15,793 nucleotides of DNA from Octopus sinensis (lineage: Eukaryota): contig NW_021825329.1 of NCBI RefSeq assembly GCF_006345805.1, forward strand, positions 1-15,793, read 5' to 3'. Numbering within the stretch: position 1 is the stretch's first letter; each line of letters opens with the position of its first letter. Of this stretch, positions 8,901 through 15,793 are shown piece by piece. A program made the position numbers and the translations under genes. The notes under the pieces are model-generated. The model did no database searches. It was not told the DNA's origin and worked only from the letters and a program-made list of their open reading frames with translations.

Positions 8901-9306
8901 AGGCGCAGGAGTGGCTGTGTGGTAAGTAGCTTGTTTACCAACCACATGATACAGGGTTCAGTCCCACTGCGTGGCATCTTGGGCAAGTGTCTTCTACTAT
9001 AGCCTCGGGCCAACCAAAGCCTTGTGAGTGGATTTGGTAGACGGAAACTGAAAGAAGCCCGTCGTATATACTTATATATATGTATATGTGTGTGTACGTG
9101 TATGTTTGTGTTTGTCCCCCTAGCATTGCTTGACAACCGATGCTGGTGTGTTTATGTCCCCGTCACTTAGCGGTTCGGCAAAAGAAGCGATAGAATAAGT
9201 ACTGGGCTTAAAAAGAATAAGTCCCAGGGTCGATTTGCTCGACTAAAGACGGTGCTCCTGCATGGCTGCAGTCAAATAACTGAAACAAGTAAAAAAGTAA
9301 AAGAGT
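8901..9306 (+). mobile_element. tRNA-derived SINE, family A, full length, inserted upstream of the Tc1 ORF
   Basis: AGGCGCAGGAGTGGCTGTGTGG head through AAAAGAGT tail. ACAT is on both flanks (8897-8900, 9307-9310), a weak TSD. Confidence 0.93.
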
Positions 9307-9426
9307 ACATTTCGGTTTCCATGACAATTGTGTGCGACTGAGACCCACGGCATTCAACGCAGTTGCGTTTTGGCGTCTCGTTTCACGTAAAGTTGAAAGG
9401 TTACCTGCAATTTGGGTCTCAGAGAT

Positions 9427-9711
9427 GTGAAGTTGTGTGTCTGCCTCCTACGATTTAGATTCCTAACTACTCCCACATTTTGCGGTGCAGTTTAGCCAAA
9501 AGCGGGTATCTTATAGTCGTGATACATATCGAGCCCTTCTGGATATTAGCGCGCGTCTACGATGAGTCTACGATTAAAAAAAAAAAATTACCATAATTTT
9601 TTCCCATTTTTAATGCATTTTTTTGCTATTATATAAGGGAAGTAACTCTCTAAAAATGCTTATATAGGTATTTCCCTTACAAACCCGAGCAACGCCGGGC
9701 GATACTGCTAG
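9427..9711 (+). mobile_element. Non-autonomous Helitron, copy 1 (5' terminus missing)
   Basis: Homologous to 10450-10837. Ends with the hairpin CCCGAGCAACGCCGGG (9684-9699) and CTAG (9708-9711), followed by T. Confidence 0.85.
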
Positions 9712-9987
9712 TATATATTTAATATTAGGGAGTCTTAAATCAAAGTTCACAATATAATATATATAAATTAGAGAAAAACCATTATTATGTAATTCAAACA
9801 ATGATAGACTTAAATCATACCATATAGAAAAAATAAAATATATGATAAAACATTTATCTAGGTCACAAAAAGTACATAAATAATAAAACAGTATATAATT
9901 AGTGTATAATTAGTAGACTACGTACGTTTCGTGGCTATAACTACAATTCCAATTGCAATTAGATAAAATATCTTTGAAAAAATATGG

Positions 9988-10151
9988 ATTTCTAATTTTT
10001 TTATTTGTTAATTATAATTTAGATACTTACATTTATTTAATTATTCTTATTTTATAATTATTATATGTGAACTAAGATCTAAAAGCATTAAGTGTGGTTG
10101 TTTTGTGAAATAGATTGTAACGTAAAATATTTTTGTGTAGGTAGTGAAAAG
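9988..10151. repeat. Local AT-rich duplication; second copy is 10370-10449 joined to 10838-10922
   Basis: ATTTCTAATT...ATAATTATTATA|TGTGAACTAA...GTTTTGTGAAATAG...GTAACGTAAAATATT...GGTAGTGAAA aligns across both copies once the Helitron is removed. Confidence 0.85.
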
Positions 10152-10449
10152 TTATTCTTTTTTGTACTATTGAATTTAATAATAATAATAATAAGTAATT
10201 TTGTTATTCCCTTATTAAGCGAAATATTAAATCTACACATATGAACGCTAAGTTATACGCTTTTAATTTTATATTTTTTAGTTCATAAAATATCTTGGAA
10301 AAAATAATTATACATTTTATTTAAGAAATAATGGTGAAATTTATATGATTATTTATTTTTAAAATAAGTATTTCTAATTTTGTTATTTGTTAATTATAAT
10401 TTAAGATACATATATTTATTTAATCATTCTTCTTATTATAATTATTATA

Positions 10450-10837
10450 TCTTTATATATAAAAGTGAAGTTGTGTGTCTGTCTCCTACGATTTAGATTC
10501 CTAACTACTCCCACATTTTGCGGTGCAGTTTAACCAAAAGCGGGTATCTTATAGTCGTGATTCATATCGAGCCCTTCTGGGTATTAGCGCGCGTCTACGA
10601 TTTAAAAAAAAATTACCATAATTTTTTTCCATTTTAATGCATTTTTTTCGCTATTACATAAGGGAAGTAACTCTCTAAAAATGTCTACGATGAGTCAACG
10701 ATTTAAAAAAAAAATTACCATCATTTTTTTTTCCATTTTTAATGCATTTTTTTGCTATTTTTTGGCTATAACTCTCTAAAAATGCTTATATAGTTATTTC
10801 CCTTACAAACCCGAGCAATGCCGGGCGATACTGCTAG
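10450..10837 (+). mobile_element. Non-autonomous Helitron, complete
   Basis: 5' TC (TCTTTATATATAAAA), 3' GC hairpin at about 10810-10825, then CTAG at 10834-10837. Inserted between A10449 and T10838 with no TSD. Confidence 0.92.
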
Positions 10838-11195
10838 TGTGAACTAAAATCTAAAGGTATTATTTGTAGTTGTTTTGTGAAATAGTTTGTAACGTAAAAT
10901 ATTATAGTATAGGTAGTGAAAGGGTTTTTTTGTTTATTACTCTTTCGTCCAGGAACAACTTGATGTATTGGTGAACTGTTAACGTCTTTGGAGAGCAACC
11001 CAGTGTACATCCCTACATGTTTGAGTTGGGTCTTGGGGGCTCAATTCAGTTGACAATGTGAAGCTGCTAGGGGCAGTGCTCAAACTCCAGCTGGAGAGGG
11101 TTGCAGCTGGACTTTTGCTTATTCAGTCACATCCGCTGGGCCAAAATCCCAAACGTTGACGCTAGAAATGGTCTCACAAAAGCATTGCGAGTTAT

Positions 11196-11602
11196 ACTCT
11201 CTTTACTCTTTTACTCTTTTACTCTTTTATTTGTTTCAGTCAGTTGACTGCGGCCATGCTGGAGCACCGCCTTTAGTCGAGCAACTCGACCCCGGGACTT
11301 ATTCTTTGTAAGCCCATCTATTCTATCGGTCTTTTGCCGAACTGCTAGTACGGGGACGTAAACACACCAGCATCGGTTGTCAAGCAATGCTAGGGGGACA
11401 AACACAGACACACAAACGCACCCCACGCATATATATATAAATATATACGACGGCTTCTTTCAGTTTAGTCTACCAATCCACTCACAAGGCTTTGGTCGGC
11501 CCGAGGCTATAGTAGAAGACACTTGCCCAAGGTGCCACGCAGTGGGACTAAACCCGGAACCATGTGGTTGGTAAGCAAGCTAACCACACAGCCACTCCTG
11601 TG

Positions 11603-11643
<41 letters not shown>

Positions 11644-11975
11644 TACGACGGGCTTCTTTCAGTTTCGTCTACCAAATCCACTCACAAGGCTTTGGTCGGC
11701 CCGAGGCTATAGTAGAAGATACTTGCCCAAGGTGCCACGCAGTGGGACTGAACCCTGAACCATGTGGTTGGTAAACAAGCTACTTACCACACAGCCACTC
11801 CTGCGCCTATACGACAGGCTTTTTTCAGTTTCCGTCTACCAAATCCACTCACAAGGCTTTGGTCGGCCCGAGGCTATAGTAGAAGACACTTGCCCAAGGT
11901 GTCACGCAGTGGGACTAAACCCGGAACCATGTGGTTGGTAAGCAAGCTACTTACCACACAGCCACTCCTACACCT
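11196..11975 (-). mobile_element. Family A SINE with three tandem head modules
   Basis: Body 11196-11410, then head modules at about 11444-11600, 11645-11808 and 11809-11975. Confidence 0.9.
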
Positions 11976-12270
11976 ATATGGTGTTAAATGCAGACAACTC
12001 TGAGTTCCATATTTTCCGGAGTCTACAGAAGTACTCTTGTTATGCAACAATCTCATTGATTCCGTCTTTTTTTGTGGCTTCATCATTAGAGACAGCGGAG
12101 AGAGATAAGTCATCGACCTGCATATTTTCTGTATAGACGACAGTTTTTCCTCGATTGACTATCAAGTATGAGCATTTATCCTTCCCAAACTCCATTCCTA
12201 TATCTCGTGAGAATGTTGTGACTAGTTCCAATTGTCCCTTAATGTCGATCAATTAATCAGAATATAACTT

Positions 12271-12758
12271 TTTTATTTTATTTTTTTTTATATTTTATTT
12301 ATTTTTTTTTTGTTCTTCTTTTTCCCTTTTACGATCCCTTTTGATCGAAAACCTACGCCACCTCTTTTACCGTGGTCTTTTTCGTAGGCTTTTCCCACGG
12401 ATAAACCTTACTTGCTTTCCCCTTTACACCATATATCATAACACTGTGATACACGATCCCTATTGATCGTTTTTTTCCCTCTTCCCCTTTTTTCTTCTTT
12501 TTTCATTTCTCTTTTCTTTTGTTCCTTTTCCTTTATTTTTTTTCTTTTTATTGTTTTAAATTTTTTATTTTATTTATTTATTTACTTTTTTGTTCTTTTC
12601 TTCCCTTTTACGATCCCTCTTGATCGAAAACCTACGCCATCCCCCATTTTTTTTTGTTTCTTTTGTTTTTTGCTTTTTTCATCCCCCAAAACAAAAGCTC
12701 TACCTTGTAACTTGTCCCATCTGTGTGCAGCCCTGTGTGGCCAATAAAGAAACTTATC
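12271..12758 (+). mobile_element. Putative LINE 3' UTR fragment, same family as 5343-5606 but longer
   Basis: 12470-12758 matches 5343-5610, including AATAAAGAAACTTATC. It splits the host RT exactly between FID and KLY. Confidence 0.7.
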
Positions 12759-12986
12759 AATAAAAAATGTATGTGACATTAATTTCATTCCTTTCTGCAT
12801 ATCCCAACATGTAGCCACGGCATTTTGTCAACAAGGCCCACAAGGGGTTCACTGACTGCATAAACAACATTACAGATAAACTGTCACCTTGGAATATGCC
12901 TATTCATAGCTTAATTCTGTTTGTAACAACAGGTATTGCTTTAGTAGTTGTCAGTGGTCACTGTGTGGCCCATGCTGTGGTCAGTC

Positions 12987-13482
12987 ATGCATAAGATGAT
13001 ATGCATAAGATCTGGTCATCAAATCTAAGTAGAGACTTCAAACTTGAAATCTTCAAAGCCACAGTCGAACCAATTCTACTATACGGCTCAGAAACCTGGA
13101 CGTTATCAAAAAGCTTGAGAGGCGGTTGGATGGAACTTACACTCGCCTCCTTATGAGAGCTCAAAATCTTTCTTGGAAGCGTCATCCAACCAAAATGCAA
13201 ATATATGGGAAACTACCACCTGTGTCATCTCTTGTGAAAGGTAGGAGAGTCCAGTTTGCTGGACATTGTTGTAGAACTGAAAATGAGGTAACTTCTACTC
13301 TTCTCCTCTGGAAGCCATCTGCTCGCGATACAAGAGGGCGCACACTCTCCTACCCTGATGTAATCTCTAGGGATACAGGCATCCAGCAACAGGACCTCCG
13401 TAATGCCATGATGGACCGTGAAGTCTGGCGTAACATTGTAAATTCTATTGTCTTGACCACGGTCGAACAAAGATGATGATGA
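12987..13482 (+). mobile_element. 5'-truncated RTE-clade LINE with 11-bp TSD
   Basis: KIWSS..KLEIFKATVEPILLYGSETWTL, then RRVQFAGHC..DREVWR, then a (GAT)n tail. TGTGGTCAGTC occurs at 12976-12986 and 13483-13493. Confidence 0.92.
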
Positions 13483-13634
13483 TGTGGTCAGTCTATCAAT
13501 GGCATTCACTATAATAGCTGGTAATTTGGCAAAGCGTAGTGATTCTATCATCCATGAATGAGGCACGGAGTCGAACGCCTTCTTGTAGCTTAGCCATATC
13601 GTTAGAAGATTACGGCAATGTTCCTTGGCTATTT

Positions 13635-14130
13635 GTATGTATGTATGTATGTATATATGTATGTATGTATGTATGTATGCGTGTATGTATGTACGTACGC
13701 ATGTATGTATGTATGTATATACGCATGTATGTATGTATGTATGTATGTATGTTTGTATGTATGTATGTATGTACGCATGCATGTATGTATGTACGCATGT
13801 ATGTATGTATATATGTATGTATGTATATATGTATGTATGTATGTATGCGTGTATGTATGTATGTATGTACGTACGCATGTATGTATGTATGTATGTATGT
13901 ATGTACGCATGTATGTATGTATGTATGTATGTATGTATGTATGTATGTACGCATGCATGTATGTATGTATGCATGTATGTATGTATGTATGTATGTATGT
14001 ATGTATGCATACATGTATGTATGTATGTATGCATGTATGTATGTATATATGTACGCATGTATGTATGTATGTATGTACGCATGCATGTATGTATGTATGT
14101 ATGTGTGTATATATATGTGTGTGTGTTTAT
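13635..14130. repeat. (TATG)n microsatellite with TACG/CATG variants
   Basis: About 500 bp, directly visible. It produces the spurious MYVC/HTYI ORFs. Confidence 0.97.
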
Positions 14131-14289
14131 ATATATTACTTTTATGAATTAATAAATAATTTAAATAAAATAATTTAATTATTTTTACTCCTGACAGAAA
14201 AAGCAATTACCGCTTAACTATTCCTATAATACACACGCTGTCTGTCGTGAAGGAATTCAAAAATTGATTTTCCTTCGATCTATAGTGAG

Positions 14290-14560
14290 TAGTGACCCCC
14301 TTCGGTCAGACACTGACCATGGGTTTGCACCTAGAGAGTTACTCTCTGAGGCACAAGTCCGGGCAAGGTTGTTTCATGGAAGACCAGCAGTCGCCCATGC
14401 ATACCGGCCTCCCCTCTCCACGTCACCGATGTTGTCCAAGGGAAAGGCAAGGGCCGATACAGCTTGGCACCCGTGACGTCGCAACTCATTTCTACAGCTG
14501 AGTGAACAGGAGCAACGTAAAATAAAGTGTCTTGCTCAAGAACACAACACGCAGCCCGGG
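14290..14560 (-). mobile_element. SINE family D, tRNA head missing
   Basis: Minus strand GTGTTGTGTTCTTGAGCAAGACACTT...CACTCAGCTGTAGAAATGAG resembles the post-tRNA segment of CORE-type SINEs, followed by a GC-rich body. Single copy in the window, so the call rests on recognition. Confidence 0.6.
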
Positions 14561-14570
14561 CGTTTCGCTC

Positions 14571-14775
14571 ACTCTTACTTCCTGTTTCTGTTGTACCTGT
14601 ATTTCAAAGGGCCTCGGGGCCGTGTCACTCTCTGTGTACGCTGAATATCCCCGAGAATACGTAAGGGTACACGTGTCTGTGGAGTGCTCAGCCACTTACA
14701 GTTAATTTCACGAGCAGGCTGTTCGGTTGATCGGATCAACCGGAACCCTCGTCGTCGTAACCGACGGAATGCTTC
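14571..14775 (+). mobile_element. Probable SINE 3' part, family E
   Basis: GC-balanced block ending in two hairpins. It resembles a common octopus repeat from memory. Single copy here. Confidence 0.5.
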
Positions 14776-14963
14776 CAATCCATCCAGCTCATTTGTCTTG
14801 GTAACGGGCAATCACGCAGTAATTTCCCTTTGTTTAACGGCCATTTTCATAGCATTTTTTTCGATGGCCAGATAACTAAAGAGATGCCGGCGTGGTTTTC
14901 CGCCCTGACATCCTCGGAGTTTTATCTTGGCTACCGAATAATTGCCACAATTATATTTACAGA

Positions 14964-15199
14964 TATGTATATATATATATATATATTATAATATATATAT
15001 GCATGTATGTATACGTACTTGTATACATATATATGTAAATATATATAATATATATATATATATATAGATATATATATACCATATATTATACATACATAAA
15101 AAACATATATATATATACGTATAATATATAATATATATATATTTATAGTATATATATATAAATTATACATATATATATTATATATAATATATATATATG

Positions 15200-15239
<40 letters not shown>

Positions 15240-15450
15240 TATACATAATATATATATATATATACATAATATATATATATAATATATTATATATATAATA
15301 TATATATATATATATAATATATATATAATATATATATATATATAATATATATATACATAATATATATATATATATATATATTATATCTATATATAATATT
15401 TATATATTATATCTATATATATATATATATATATTATACATGTATATATA
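14964..15450. repeat. (TA)n-rich microsatellite
   Basis: Directly visible. Confidence 0.97.
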
Positions 15451-15485
15451 ATTGTCTGCACAACTTTTTAATGCATGTAGTGTGT

Positions 15486-15610
15486 CACGAGAGAGTAGGA
15501 GAGGGGAGAAAAAGATAGACAGAAAGGGAGAACGGCAACGATAGATAGAGAGAGACAGAGAGAAAGGGAGACAGAGAGAGAGGGAGAGAGGGAGAGACAG
15601 AGAGAGAGAG
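15486..15610. repeat. (GA)n purine-rich microsatellite
   Basis: Directly visible. Confidence 0.92.
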
Positions 15611-15793
15611 CGTAAAGTAAGATGCCCCGAATAAGTGACCGCAACCAGGCCAGCAGTTTAAGTAGGAAAGCTTGGTGCAGTTATTTCCCTTAGACAGTAA
15701 TAATTGATAGTCTGCCAAATGTTGAGAGAACTTTGTATAATAAATTTTAAGTATAGGTCATACATACATACATATTTTTATTTATATATTAAA

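Larger units (their letters stand above)
11977..13633 (-). pseudogene. R4/Dong-like non-LTR reverse transcriptase fragment, split by two insertions
   Basis: Colinear RT motifs on the minus strand: WLSYKKAFDSVPHSW (about 13550-13595), GIFQGDSLS (about 12878-12905), HTFFID (about 12756-12773), KLY..FSRDIGMEFGKDKC (about 12172-12270) and EYFCRLRKIWNSEL (about 11995-12036). The clade call is from motif recognition. Confidence 0.82.

Noticed and set aside
10925-11190. GC-balanced unique block as possible exon or TE coding fragment
   Set aside because: The frames examined contain stops and no recognisable motif.
13225-14206. Several 110-285 aa overlapping ORFs (MYVC/HTYI repeats)
   Set aside because: Stop-free reading of (TATG)n. 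Only 13490-13633 (RT motif) is meaningful.
15485-15718. 77-aa minus-strand ORF as a host exon
   Set aside because: Half of it is (CT)n. It has a possible acceptor but no convincing donor or motif.

Overview
Repeat-saturated, AT-rich eukaryotic non-coding DNA (intron or intergenic). The SINE families and the microsatellite load look like octopus or another coleoid cephalopod; this is recognition from memory, not a database result. No intact host gene is present. Almost all long ORFs in the track are microsatellite or SINE artefacts. The real coding remnants are all transposon-derived: a Penelope-like GIY-YIG endonuclease (6189-6494), a broken DD34E Tc1 transposase (7797-8812, minus), an R4/Dong-like reverse transcriptase split by two later insertions (11977-13633, minus) and an RTE LINE 3' end with an 11-bp TSD (12987-13482). 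The window also holds about ten tRNA-derived SINE copies or fragments from several families, two non-autonomous Helitron copies and a 161-bp SINE-chimeric tandem array. The most notable observations are a minimal type I hammerhead-ribozyme fold downstream of the Penelope ORF (7363-7430), a Helitron whose empty paralogous target site lies 400 bp away, and a putative LINE 3' UTR family tied to TATC targets that carries a repeated CGATC-N6-GATCG hairpin.
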